A stretch of 64,000 bases of DNA. Source: Acidobacteriota bacterium. Its GTDB lineage: Bacteria; Acidobacteriota; UBA6911; RPQK01; JAJDTT01. The DNA lies in assembly GCA_965263035.1 (NCBI GenBank), contig OZ253580.1:2048001-2112000 (forward strand). The letters run 5' to 3'. The position numbers and the translations under genes were made by a program. The notes under the pieces were generated by a model. It saw only the letters and a program-made list of their open reading frames with translations. It was not told the origin of the DNA and did no database searches. Shown here piece by piece: positions 1 through 10,196 of the stretch (within the stretch, counting starts at the first letter, position 1; each line of letters begins with the position of its first letter).

Positions 1-414
1 GGGCTCCATGACCGAAGTGCAGTAGAGGACGGAGCCGTCCGCGAGCAGGGTCAGATTGACGTTGTGAACTCCGCCGTAGTCGACCGGGACCGGAGTTCCC
101 CAGGTCTTTCCTCCATCACGGGAACTGACGACGAAGTTCTCCGTTTCGATGTGTGTGTGCTTGCGGGCGGCGGCGGGATGCCTCCGGAAGGCCAGCAGGA
201 TCTCACCGTCCGGGAAGATGACGGGAGAGGGGCCGGGACCATAGTAATAGTGCGGGTTTTTCCGAATGTCGAATTCCCGCACCTTCTTCAGTCGCCCGGG
301 GCCGGCTGGCGCACTTCCCAGCGCAGTCGCGGGAAGTGCGCCAGCGGGCGCCCAAGCGAGGGCGGCGGCGCCGAGTCGCGACGCGTCTCTCAAGAAAGTT
401 CGTCTGTCGGGCAG
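1..414 (-). CDS. Tat-exported BNR/Asp-box (sialidase-like) protein, 5' part only (runs off window start)
   Basis: Manual minus-strand translation: DRRTFLRDASRLGAAALAWAP (twin-arginine signal) ... VVSSRDGGKTWG (Asp-box). Not in the ORF track; no nearby in-frame ATG, so the start is uncertain. Confidence 0.7.
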   Translation of the reverse strand, partial: MPDRRTFLRDASRLGAAALAWAPAGALPATALGSAPAGPGRLKKVREFDIRKNPHYYYGPGPSPVIFPDGEILLAFRRHPAAARKHTHIETENFVVSSRDGGKTWGTPVPVDYGGVHNVNLTLLADGSVLYCTSVMEP

Positions 415-505
415 TGACGATCCCGACGCCGACGAGCGTGCCGATGTGCTCCCAAGGGCGGGACCGCTCGAAGACTCGATCGATGGACCCGACGGGCCGG
501 AGGCT

Positions 506-1165
506 TCAATCGATGGCGAAGCAGTAGTACAGCCCATCGCCTCCGGTACCCTGCAAGTTCTCCTGGCTGCAGCCCCGAGAGCCATGCGCCGAGTTCCACG
601 AGGTGGGATTCTTGCCCCCACCGGTGCGGTCGTGGTGGCCGACCTGGGCGCTGCCTTCGCCGTGACTCGTCCAGTTTCCGCAGGTGGTGTCGTCGCTGCC
701 CGTGAAGGCCGTGCCGTCCAACTGCGAGCCGGTCAGGACATCGTGCCGGTTGGGACTGTCTCCCCGTCCGTTGACCATCCTTCCGTACTCGTTCAACTGC
801 GTCTCCTTGGTCAGATTGTTTTTGTCCGAATGGAGATCGTCGACGTCGCTGGCGATCTGGACGCCCTTGGCATTGAACCAGGGCCCGCTGCCGATCCGGT
901 CGCGGGCATTGACGGCGGCCTGCCCACCCGAGGCGGTCGCGCTCAGATACGCGCGCCAGGTGCGGCTGCCGGCCCCCACGGCTCGAGCCAGCATCTGGCA
1001 GCGGCCGTCGGCTCCGGCCAACCCTCCCAGATCGGCTCCGTTCCCGGGACCCGAGCTGACGATGAAGAAGCTCATCTTGGGATCCGCATTCTGAGCCGAC
1101 ACCGGGAGCGCAGCGAGTGCACCCACAAAGATCGCAACAATGAGAAGGGGGACTGTCTTATTCAT
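506..1165 (-). CDS. Secreted endostatin/C-type-lectin-like fold protein
   Basis: Signal peptide MNKTVPLLIVAIFVGALAALPVSAQ; motifs GADLGGLAGADGRC, WRAYLS, TCGNWTS, GLYYCFA. ATG at 1165 preferred over the ORF-track start. Confidence 0.7.
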   Translation of the reverse strand: MNKTVPLLIVAIFVGALAALPVSAQNADPKMSFFIVSSGPGNGADLGGLAGADGRCQMLARAVGAGSRTWRAYLSATASGGQAAVNARDRIGSGPWFNAKGVQIASDVDDLHSDKNNLTKETQLNEYGRMVNGRGDSPNRHDVLTGSQLDGTAFTGSDDTTCGNWTSHGEGSAQVGHHDRTGGGKNPTSWNSAHGSRGCSQENLQGTGGDGLYYCFAID

Positions 1166-1374
1166 CTCTATTCTCCTGCGATTTGGGACTTGGAAGCTTC
1201 GTGGAATGGTATCACTTTGCCCTTTCGAACGGAGCAAATGGGGGAACGCCGTGCGGAGCTTCAGGAGTTCCCCCAAAAAATCAAATCAAATCTCCGCAAG
1301 TGGTTGAAAGCACGAGAGTCAGAAGATTCGACAAGTGGAATCAGTCGAATTTACCAAAAATGGGAGAAGCCCTC

Positions 1375-1457
1375 GTAGGGGCGACCCTTGTGTGGTCGCC
1401 CTCCCCGGGCCGAGCAGTGGGGGGGCGACAGCGGGCACCCACAAGGGGTGCCCCTAC
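1375..1457. repeat. GTAG-family REP doublet (inverted pair, REPIN-like)
   Basis: GTAGGGGCGACCCTTGTGTGGTCGCCC ... GGGCACCCACAAGGGGTGCCCCTAC: two GTAG-tagged hairpins in inverted orientation, intergenic. Confidence 0.75.
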
Positions 1458-1602
1458 GTCGCGATCCTCGTTCAACCCTGCTTCCCCTGTCTCCCGAACT
1501 CCCAGAAAAATGGAGAAAGTCCTGGCGGAGCTTCGGTTGAAGTGATCCGGGAAGAGAGGTTAATCTCCTTCGCACCGTTTCCGAAACAGAGGAGGAAAGA
1601 CG

Positions 1603-2763
1603 ATGAGGAATCAGCGAGTGGATCTGGTCGCAGTTCTGGTATTGGCCCTTGGGTGGATGTTCGCGCCAGTGCCCCAACATCTGGCGGCACAGCAGGAGTC
1701 CGGACAGTACGAACACATCGACGGCGCCGTGATCTACGATCATGACCCGTCCACCAAGCTGGGCGATGACGTCTTCGGCAACGTCATCGCGGATTTCGAG
1801 AACGATGTGCCCGGGCGTTGTTCCCACGGAGGGCCGGTCTGCCTGGAATACCCCAACGGCAACGTCGTCGCGTTCTATGCCAACACCAGCGACCACAACC
1901 TGGACGGTTGGAGCGAATATGCCGTCAGCGGGGACCGGGGCAAGACCTGGAACCGCTACAACCGGGTCCCCTACTCCTTCGACGCCTACATCAGAAATCA
2001 GAAATTCCCGGTCTGGGTCGAGGAGGGTCTGGTCACGGAACGGGGGACCATCGTCCTGTTCCTCACCCACTTTGAGATCGGGAGCGAAGCATCCCGGATC
2101 CGGCTGGGCACCATCCGGAGCTACGACAACGGCGGCACCTGGACCGATTACGAAACCCTGGATGGGAATTTCGTCGGTTATCCCTGCTCCACGGCCGTGT
2201 CGGGCGAAACCAACTACGTCATGGTCGACAGCAGTGCGGGTCCCCATGTCCTTTACGTCAGCACGGATGACGGACGGACCTTCAGCAAGAGAAGCACGAT
2301 GTCGCTGGACGACGACAAATGGTACGGAACCATGACCATCATGGCGGACGGCCGACTGCTTGCCGGCGCCTATACCCATCACGACGAGGATCACTTCTAC
2401 TACTGCATCAGCAAAGACCAGGGACGCAGTTGGGGACCTCAGCAGAAAGCCTTCGTGGACAAGATGATTCGCGACCCCGAGCTCGCCTATCTCGGCGGCA
2501 AGTACTACCTGCATGGAAGGTCGGGGCATAACGGAGAGGGGAGCCGCCGGTTCGTGCTCTACCAGTCGGACGACGGCGTCAACTGGGGGAACGGCATCAT
2601 CGTCAGCGGAGATAAGGAACACCCCGACGGCTACAGCCAGAACTGCGTCATCAACACCTACGACGATTCGGTCGCGGACGAGCTGATGGTGGTCTACAGC
2701 ATCGTCTACAAGGGCCGCGACACCAACGAATACGTGTTCTTCATCCGCCCGGACGGAAAATGA
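1603..2763 (+). CDS. Secreted BNR/Asp-box exo-alpha-sialidase-like protein
   Basis: Signal peptide; five Asp-boxes (SGDRGKTW, SYDNGGTW, STDDGRTF, SKDQGRSW, SDDGVNW); GAGGAGG RBS. Confidence 0.85.
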   Translation: MRNQRVDLVAVLVLALGWMFAPVPQHLAAQQESGQYEHIDGAVIYDHDPSTKLGDDVFGNVIADFENDVPGRCSHGGPVCLEYPNGNVVAFYANTSDHNLDGWSEYAVSGDRGKTWNRYNRVPYSFDAYIRNQKFPVWVEEGLVTERGTIVLFLTHFEIGSEASRIRLGTIRSYDNGGTWTDYETLDGNFVGYPCSTAVSGETNYVMVDSSAGPHVLYVSTDDGRTFSKRSTMSLDDDKWYGTMTIMADGRLLAGAYTHHDEDHFYYCISKDQGRSWGPQQKAFVDKMIRDPELAYLGGKYYLHGRSGHNGEGSRRFVLYQSDDGVNWGNGIIVSGDKEHPDGYSQNCVINTYDDSVADELMVVYSIVYKGRDTNEYVFFIRPDGK

Positions 2764-3134
2764 AGCCGGCGCGGGTCCCTTCCGGAGGAGCTTCGCCGCG
2801 ACCTCGCGCTTCCGGTTGCTCCGGGTTTTCCGGCGGCCTCTTCCCGTAGCGCTTCGATTCGCTCCGAGTCGGGAAGTGCCCCCTTTTGGAGGTTGTTGTT
2901 CACCCTGAAACGGAAGCCATTGGAGAATAGTTTCTGAGGCTCACGAAATGGGTCCCCGCGGCGGCGCTGTTCCTGACCTGTGTCGCTGGGCACGCGGGAG
3001 AGTTCACCCGTGGCAACCCGTGGCAAAAGTCCTCACGGCATTCAACGGTCCGTGTTCCCAGGACGCCTCTGGCCCCTACCGGCACGGTACCGGGGACCAT
3101 TGGCAGCGTCGAGAAACACAGCCGGCGGGTCGAA

Positions 3135-4439
3135 ATGGTGGTGGCGCCCGCGGGCACACCGGACAACATCCTGATCATCACAGTTGACAACCTCGGCTAT
3201 GGCGACCTGAGAAGCTACAACCCGGACTCCCCCATGATCACCCCCAGCCTCGACAGGCTGGCCTCCCAGGGTGTCCGGCTGACCAGCTTCTACACGGCTT
3301 CCCCCACCTGCACCGTTTCCCGCGCCTCGCTCCTGACCGGACGGGTCCCCCAGCGTCATGGCCTGACCGAGCAGTTGGCCGGCGTCGCCGGAAATTACGG
3401 CGTCGGATTGAGCCAGAACGAAATCATGATTCCGCAGCTCCTGACGCGGGCGCCGATTCCCTACGCCACCGGTTGCTTCGGCAAGTGGAACATCGGATTC
3501 GCCCCCGGCTCGCGACCCACCGAACGCGGATTCGACGAATTCATCGGCCATGCCTCCGGGAACATCGATTACTACCGCCACAACTACCGTCAAATGCACG
3601 ACCTCTACGAGGCCACCCGCAAGCTCGACGGCGAGGGGCGCTACGCCACCGACCTGTTCGGAGACGCGGCGATCGACTTCATTCGGAGGAAGTCCAAAGC
3701 CTCGCAGCCCTGGTTCTGCTACCTGGCGTTCAACGCGCCCCATTTCCCGGTGGCGGGAAACAAGCGCCCGGGACAAGCCAATGCCTGGCAGGCGCCGGAC
3801 TGGGCCTTCGAGGCGTGCGGATCGAGTCCGGAGGATCCCGACCCGGCCACCCGGTATGGTGCCGTGGTGTTCGCCCTCGACCACGCCATCGGGCGCGTCC
3901 TGGAGGCGCTGGAGGAGACGGGTACGGCGAACCGCACCTTCGTGTTCTTCATGTCGGACAACGGTGCTTTCCGGCTCGGGCGCCAGGGACTCGACGTGGG
4001 CGTCAACACCCCTTTGCGCCAGGGCGGCGTGACCTGCTGGGAAGGCGGCCTGCGGGTGGCGGCGATGGCTCGCTGGCCGGGCCGGATCGAGGCGGGCGCC
4101 GTCGTCTCGGAGCCGCTCTGGTCGCCCGACCTGCTGACGGCCTGCGCCAGGATCGCAGGAGCCGCCCTGCCGGGAGAGGTCCGATTGGACGGCAGGGATC
4201 CCCTTCCGGTCCTCACCGAGGGGGCACCATCGCCACACGAGTCATTCTATTTCGAGTACCGGAGCCACGCCGCCCTGCGCCAAGGGGATTGGAAAATCGT
4301 GCGCGAGCGACCGGAACAGCCCTGGCAGCTTTTCGATCTGGCCGGAGACCTGCCCGAATCCAACGACCTGGCGGAGCGGTACCCCGGCCGAGTCGCCGAG
4401 CTCGAGGCCGAAATCCAGCGCTGGAAAAATTCTTTCTGA
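3135..4439 (+). CDS. Formylglycine-dependent sulfatase (S1 family)
   Basis: NILIITVDNLGYGD, CTVSRASLLTG (CxxxR), FGKWNIG, SDNG, WEGGLRV. The frame is open upstream to 2931 and encodes a signal-peptide-like stretch there. Confidence 0.92.
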   Translation: MVVAPAGTPDNILIITVDNLGYGDLRSYNPDSPMITPSLDRLASQGVRLTSFYTASPTCTVSRASLLTGRVPQRHGLTEQLAGVAGNYGVGLSQNEIMIPQLLTRAPIPYATGCFGKWNIGFAPGSRPTERGFDEFIGHASGNIDYYRHNYRQMHDLYEATRKLDGEGRYATDLFGDAAIDFIRRKSKASQPWFCYLAFNAPHFPVAGNKRPGQANAWQAPDWAFEACGSSPEDPDPATRYGAVVFALDHAIGRVLEALEETGTANRTFVFFMSDNGAFRLGRQGLDVGVNTPLRQGGVTCWEGGLRVAAMARWPGRIEAGAVVSEPLWSPDLLTACARIAGAALPGEVRLDGRDPLPVLTEGAPSPHESFYFEYRSHAALRQGDWKIVRERPEQPWQLFDLAGDLPESNDLAERYPGRVAELEAEIQRWKNSF

Positions 4440-4706
4440 CGCCGGTTCAAGGGTCACCCGGGACCTCGTCCGGAAACCTCATGGACGAAGCGGGCGAACC
4501 CGGCGCTTCCGCTTGCGGGCTTCCGTCTCCGGCAGGATCGTCTGCTCGCCTTGTCCGGTCCCAGGAGCGGCCATACAATCAAGAGCAATGCATGAGGCCG
4601 CCCGCCGGCCGCATGCATTCGCTCCCACGGCCGGGATGCTGAAGGCGTTTCAACTCGGAGCCCGGATCAGGGCCGAACCTCATCCTCACGATTGGAGGTA
4701 CGAGTC

Positions 4707-6305
4707 ATGAGTCCCAAACGGAGTCGTCCTGCGTGGTTTGCGGTCCTCTCGACCCTGGTCCTGGCCCCAGTGCTGTTGGGTCAGGCCGGACCCGTTCCTC
4801 AGGAGCCGGTCGAGATCGGAACCACCCCCCAGTTCTTCATCGACGACTACATCGTCGACAATCGATGGGCCCTGAATTACCGGCGCGAGTCGCCCGAGAT
4901 GGTCCTGCGGGTCTTCCACCCCATGCAGAAGCATCCGGAAAATCCCCTGATCGATATGGGCAAGGACGGCCCCAGTTGGCCCTCGATTCTGAGAGATCCG
5001 GACACCGGCCGGTTCCGCCTCTGGTATCAGGCCAACCTCCTGGTCGACAACCCCAAGCCCGGCGCCGGCGGCGTCTACCGGGTGGGGATCGCGTACGGAG
5101 AATCGGACGACGGCATCCACTGGCGCCTTCCGAACCTGGGCATTCTGCGCGGCCCCCACCCGGGGTCGGTGAAGAGGGACGTCTGGAAGGGGAGCAAGGA
5201 GAACAACTTCGTGTGGCGGGGCGTCTCCCGGCGCCGGGGCACCGGGGCCTACGTCCCGGACGCCACCCAGATTCCGCCGGAGGCCCGCCGGGGGTACAAG
5301 TACGTCATGTTCAATCTGGATCTCGACGGGGGGCACCTGGTGGGCTCCCACGACGGCATCCACTGGGACCCCTCCAGCGACGTCCGGCTGTTCACCATGC
5401 ACAGCGACTTTCCCAACTCCGTCATCTACGATCCCGACCGGAAGGAATTCGTCCTCTACTGCCGTGCCAAGCACATCTACCGTGCCGGACAGAAAGGGGG
5501 CGTTCTCAACACCGGAGCCTCTCGCCGCATCGCCCGCATGGCCAGCAAGGAACTTTGGACCGAGTGGAGGTCCGAGCCCCAGACCATCCTGATCCCCGAC
5601 GAGCTGGACAATCGCGAAGGCTTCAACTTCTTCTACAACATGACCGCCTACCGTCACGCCGGTATCTACTGGGCCTTTCTGGGTCCCTTCAAGTGGAACA
5701 CCGAAATCCGGTCGGAGCTGGCCTTCAGCCGCGACAGCATCCACTTTCAGCGCCTTTCCAGCCGTCCCCAGGTCCTTCCGTTGGGAACGGAGGGGAGCTG
5801 GGACAGCGACATGATCTTCCCTGCCTACCAGTGGGTCGAGGTGGGCGAGGAGTGGTGGATGTACTACTCCGGTTGGAACGGGCCCCATGGGGTGCGGGAG
5901 AACCTGGAGAAGGGAGTCTGGCGCACCGGCGGCATCGGCCTGGCCACCATACGCAAGGAGGGCTTCATCTCCATGCGGGGACCTGAAAACGGCGGTGTGA
6001 TCGCGACGAGGAAGATCCGTTGGCCCGGCGGCCGGCTCTTCATCAACGCCGACGCTCAAGGAGGCGAGTTGAAGGTCCGCGTCAGCGACTCCAGGCGCAA
6101 ACCGTACCCCGGGCTGGACTACCGGGACTGTGCTCTCTTCAACGGGAACGAGGTCTCCCACGAGGTGAGCTGGGAGCACCGTTCCATCGAGTCGCTCACC
6201 AACCAGATCGTCCGGCTCGAGTTCCTCCTCACCAGGGCAGACCTCTATACCTTCCGGTCCGGCGGCGGGTCCACGGGAGGCAGTCCCGCCTCCAGCCAGG
6301 ATTGA
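4707..6305 (+). CDS. Secreted 5-bladed beta-propeller glycoside-hydrolase-like protein
   Basis: Signal peptide; QFFIDD, KHPENP, AYGESDDGIHW, GSWDS, EGFIS, ADLYTFR; paralogous to 14140-15621 and 15692-17206; GGAGG RBS. Confidence 0.75.
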   Translation: MSPKRSRPAWFAVLSTLVLAPVLLGQAGPVPQEPVEIGTTPQFFIDDYIVDNRWALNYRRESPEMVLRVFHPMQKHPENPLIDMGKDGPSWPSILRDPDTGRFRLWYQANLLVDNPKPGAGGVYRVGIAYGESDDGIHWRLPNLGILRGPHPGSVKRDVWKGSKENNFVWRGVSRRRGTGAYVPDATQIPPEARRGYKYVMFNLDLDGGHLVGSHDGIHWDPSSDVRLFTMHSDFPNSVIYDPDRKEFVLYCRAKHIYRAGQKGGVLNTGASRRIARMASKELWTEWRSEPQTILIPDELDNREGFNFFYNMTAYRHAGIYWAFLGPFKWNTEIRSELAFSRDSIHFQRLSSRPQVLPLGTEGSWDSDMIFPAYQWVEVGEEWWMYYSGWNGPHGVRENLEKGVWRTGGIGLATIRKEGFISMRGPENGGVIATRKIRWPGGRLFINADAQGGELKVRVSDSRRKPYPGLDYRDCALFNGNEVSHEVSWEHRSIESLTNQIVRLEFLLTRADLYTFRSGGGSTGGSPASSQD

Positions 6306-6554
6306 GGGGACGAGGCACCCTCTTAACGCCGTCCTGGGATCCCGAGTATGGGCGCCACGACGATCTCGTCATTGTGGACAACCCGCAAGGAAAACAAATT
6401 CTCCCAATTTTGACAACGACTAGCTTCTATGCTACCAAGGTCGCAAGAAACCAGCCTTTCGGAATGTTCTTCTGAGGCTTGTCGATTTGTTTTTCTCTTC
6501 TATGTTCAGACCAGCGCTTCACCGCTCGGTCCGGTTCCGCTCCCGGAGGTGTCT

Positions 6555-9500
6555 ATGAGTATCGATCGTTTCACGACTGCACGACCTGATTTCCGGTCCG
6601 GCGTTCCGGGAATCCTGGTTCCGATCCTGCTGGCGTTGGCTTTGGCGGCCCCGCCGGCCTACGGACAGAGCACCACATTCTCCCAATTGGTGGGGTCGGT
6701 GCGGGATCAGACCGGAAGCGTTATTCCGGGCGTCGAGATCTCGGCGTCCATCACTGAGATCGGTTTGGAACGGGGCACCGTCACCAACGATCAAGGCTAC
6801 TACGTGATCGACAAGCTTCCCGCCGACGTGTACGAGGTCAAGGCGACTCTTCCAGGATTCAAGACACAGTTGGCCCCTAACGTGGAGCTTCGCGGCGGAC
6901 AGAAAGGCCGCGTGGACTTTCTCATGGAGCCGGGAGAGATCGTGGAGAGCATCACGGTCATCGACGCCATCGCGACCATCGAAACCGAGACTCCGGACAT
7001 GAGCTCCACGCTCCGCCAGAGGGAGATGCTGGACCTTCCCTTCTCCGGCAACACGGGCCGCGACCTGATCCACTTGGCGGAGTTGGCTACGGGGGCGGTG
7101 ACCGTGCGCTTCGCCCAGGATTCCCGCTTCGTCCGCGACGGCGGCGGACTCCCCGCAGTCAACGGCCTGCGACCCGACGCCAGTAGCGAGATTCAGTACG
7201 ACGGGGCCCGTAATCAGACCCTTTACGACCAGAAGGCGGCCGTCAAACCCACGCCGGAAACGGTGAAGGAGTTCAAGGTCGTCACCAACACGGTTTCGGC
7301 CGAGTACGGCAAGGTGGGCGGCACCGTGGTGAGTATGGTCAGCAACAGCGGCTCCAACGAGTTCCACGGCCACATCTGGGAGTACTTCCAGAACGAGGGC
7401 ATGAACGCCAACGGCTTCTTCGCCAACCGTTCGGGTCTGGGAAAGCTGCCATTCACCTCCCACAACACGGGAGCGGCGGTCGGTGGGCCCATCATCAAGG
7501 ACAAGACATTCTTCTATTCCGCCTACGAATTGTTTTACAACGACTTCGCGGTTCCGGGAGAAATGGAGGTCCCCTCGCTGGCCGAGCGGCAGGGGGACTT
7601 CAGTCTGGGAGACGGTGCCTGGGGACTGCAGACCATCTATGACCCCTTCAACGTGGTGGATGGGCAACGGCAGCCCTTCCCGGGCAACCGGATTCCCCAG
7701 GAACGCATTCATCCCGTCTCCAGACGGGTGATGGATCTGGTCCCCTATCCCGAGCCCAACAGCTCGGAAATCCCCAATTACAACTATCAGCACGCCACGA
7801 ATCGGAGGATCAACAAGTTCTCGACCCGCCTCGACCACAACTTCGAGAGCGATTCCAGCATCTTCGGCCGCTTCTCCTATCAGACGGATCCTGCGGTCTC
7901 CCACGGTGGGGCCCAGAACTTCTATGGAGGCGGGAATTTCTCCAGCTACACCGGCCGGGGACGAGTGGGTGTCCCGGGCATGCTCAACGGTGTCTACCAG
8001 TCCAATTCCACCAACGACAACGGGTGGCAGACCATGGGCGGCTGGGTGAAGCCCTTCGGCGCCCGAGTGGTCAACGAGCTGAGCGTGAGCGGCTGGTGGT
8101 TTCGAGGCCATCGCTACACCGAGGACCAGACCAACTGGGTGCAGGAATTCGGTTACGACATCGCGGACAAGGTGTCGCTGGTCGCCGAGGACGGTGGAAG
8201 AGGCCCGGGCGGTCTGCCTGATATTCGCATCGAAGGTTACGGGCGGATCAGCGGAGAAACCGACGGGCGGCGACAGGATCGGGGCCTCAACCTGAAGGAC
8301 ACCCTGGCTTGGCAGCAAGGAAACCACTATCTCAAGTTCGGATTCGAGCATATCCGCTACTACGACAACCAATTGCGATGGGTCCCGTCCGGAAGCGCCA
8401 GCAACCGCTTCGACGGCTACCTCACGGGTCAGATCCTCCAGGACGGCGAAGGCAACGTCACGGGTTCGACCCGCGGGCAGCCCTTCGCCGACTTTCTGTT
8501 GGGAGCCTCCTCCCGTGTCGACGCCAATATCCTGGGAGGCGGGGGCTATGGAACCGGCAGCATCCGCGGCATCGACACCATGTCGTTCTACGCCTTCTTT
8601 CTCCAGGATGACTGGAAGGTCAATCCCGACCTGACCGTGAATCTGGGCGTGCGCTGGGAGATCCCCCTTCCCGGCACTTGGTTCATGGACAAGACGACGT
8701 GCTTCTTCGACCTCTCGGGAGGCCGGTACGACGCCGTTCAGATGGTGCCCAAGGGATTTCCCGTCGACTCGGACATCGTCACCGGCGGTGACCGCTCTCT
8801 GCTGGTGATCCCACACGTGGAGCGGAACAGTAGAGCCTGCGTGGATCCCCATTACAAGGACATCGCTCCCCGAGTCGGTTTCGCCTGGCGGATGTTCGGC
8901 ACCAACAGGACGGTCCTGCGCGTGGGCGCCGGCGTCTCCTTCGACCAAGTGATCGGCGCCTGGTACGGCGGCACCGGCTGGCTGGGGCATTACGCCGGAA
9001 AGGTCAGCAGCACTCACCAGCGGGGAACCATGCCCGACCTGTTCCTGGGCACCTACCGGACGGTCCCCACCGTTGCCGCATCCAGGATCCACCCACCCGG
9101 CTATCAGCACGACCCGTCCTCCTCCCAGACCGGCCAGATCTACAGCTACAATCTCTCGATCCAGCATGAGTTGATGCCGGGCACCAAGCTGGAGATCGCC
9201 TATGTGGGCAATCAGGCCCGGCACATGAGGTCCAGCCGTGGTTGGAACGTGGCCCAGCCCGAGGGGAAGGCGATGTTCCTGCAGACGGGCGAGCGCCTCG
9301 TGGCCACGGGCTCACGGCAGGAGCGCAGGCCCTATCCCCAACTGGACGGAAACCTGACCACGTTCTTTGACGGCAGCAGCAACTACAACTCCTTGCAGGC
9401 GAAGGTGGAGCGGACCCTGCGGGACGGCCTTTCCTTCTCCACTGGATGGACCTGGGGTGCCGCCTTCATTTCCAACACCCACGGGGCCTACTTCTCCGGC

Positions 9501-10091
9501 GTCCAGAATGAGTTCGCCAGGCACGAACTCAACGGCCGGCCGCGCTACAACCGGACCCACAGCCTCTACGCCACCCTGGTCTATGAGCTGCCCTTCTTCA
9601 GACAGGCCAAGGGTCTGACCAGAACTCTCCTGGGGGGTTGGGAGACCACGGGCATCGTCACTCTGGCCAGTGGCGCACCCTACGGCGTGCAGGTCAGCAG
9701 CGACCTGAACGATGTGGGGCGGCGCCGGTTGTTGCTTCCCAACCGGACCTGCAACGGGAACCTGGGTGAGAGTCAACGGACGGTGAACCGCTTCTACGAC
9801 ACCAGTTGCTTCCAGCCGGCGCCGCGCGGTGAATGGGGCAATTCAGCCATGTTCCCGCTGGTGGCGGACGACGTCCACATGTTCGACATCGGCATCCACA
9901 AGAAGTTCGTCATGGGAGAGGAGAAGTCTATCGACGTGCGGTCCGAGATGTTCAACGCCTTCAACCACACGATCTTCAACACGCCGGGTGGAATCGGCGG
10001 TCAGGACTCGGTGGACCGCTCCAGCATTGGCCGAGTCTCAGGGGCCACCTCGGCGCGGCAGATCCAGATCAGCCTGCGGTTCTCCTTCTAG
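6555..10091 (+). CDS. TonB-dependent receptor with N-terminal carboxypeptidase-regulatory-like domain (Acidobacteria type)
   Basis: GSVRDQTGSVIPG, SAEYG, SGSNEFHG, FLQDDWKV, NLGVRWE, APRVGFAW, C-terminal RQIQISLRFSF; GGAGGT RBS before ATG 6555. Confidence 0.93.
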   Translation: MSIDRFTTARPDFRSGVPGILVPILLALALAAPPAYGQSTTFSQLVGSVRDQTGSVIPGVEISASITEIGLERGTVTNDQGYYVIDKLPADVYEVKATLPGFKTQLAPNVELRGGQKGRVDFLMEPGEIVESITVIDAIATIETETPDMSSTLRQREMLDLPFSGNTGRDLIHLAELATGAVTVRFAQDSRFVRDGGGLPAVNGLRPDASSEIQYDGARNQTLYDQKAAVKPTPETVKEFKVVTNTVSAEYGKVGGTVVSMVSNSGSNEFHGHIWEYFQNEGMNANGFFANRSGLGKLPFTSHNTGAAVGGPIIKDKTFFYSAYELFYNDFAVPGEMEVPSLAERQGDFSLGDGAWGLQTIYDPFNVVDGQRQPFPGNRIPQERIHPVSRRVMDLVPYPEPNSSEIPNYNYQHATNRRINKFSTRLDHNFESDSSIFGRFSYQTDPAVSHGGAQNFYGGGNFSSYTGRGRVGVPGMLNGVYQSNSTNDNGWQTMGGWVKPFGARVVNELSVSGWWFRGHRYTEDQTNWVQEFGYDIADKVSLVAEDGGRGPGGLPDIRIEGYGRISGETDGRRQDRGLNLKDTLAWQQGNHYLKFGFEHIRYYDNQLRWVPSGSASNRFDGYLTGQILQDGEGNVTGSTRGQPFADFLLGASSRVDANILGGGGYGTGSIRGIDTMSFYAFFLQDDWKVNPDLTVNLGVRWEIPLPGTWFMDKTTCFFDLSGGRYDAVQMVPKGFPVDSDIVTGGDRSLLVIPHVERNSRACVDPHYKDIAPRVGFAWRMFGTNRTVLRVGAGVSFDQVIGAWYGGTGWLGHYAGKVSSTHQRGTMPDLFLGTYRTVPTVAASRIHPPGYQHDPSSSQTGQIYSYNLSIQHELMPGTKLEIAYVGNQARHMRSSRGWNVAQPEGKAMFLQTGERLVATGSRQERRPYPQLDGNLTTFFDGSSNYNSLQAKVERTLRDGLSFSTGWTWGAAFISNTHGAYFSGVQNEFARHELNGRPRYNRTHSLYATLVYELPFFRQAKGLTRTLLGGWETTGIVTLASGAPYGVQVSSDLNDVGRRRLLLPNRTCNGNLGESQRTVNRFYDTSCFQPAPRGEWGNSAMFPLVADDVHMFDIGIHKKFVMGEEKSIDVRSEMFNAFNHTIFNTPGGIGGQDSVDRSSIGRVSGATSARQIQISLRFSF

Positions 10092-10132
10092 CGCGACCGG
10101 GCCTCTGGCCGGTAATCCTTCGGTAATCCTTA

Positions 10133-10164
10133 AGGGGCCGCCATCCGGCGGCCCCTGTTTTTTT
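10133..10164 (+). terminator. Rho-independent terminator
   Basis: AGGGGCCGCC-ATCC-GGCGGCCCCT hairpin followed by GTTTTTTT, downstream of the TonB receptor. Confidence 0.85.
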
Positions 10165-10172
10165 GGCGCTAA

Positions 10173-10191
10173 GAGTCTGCGCGGTAGAATG
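10173..10191 (+). mobile_element. Solo end of the YTAR-targeting MITE
   Basis: CTAA|GAGTCTGCGCGGTAGAATG matches the left end of the elements at 13173 and 19910. Confidence 0.65.
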
Positions 10192-10196
10192 TTCCG

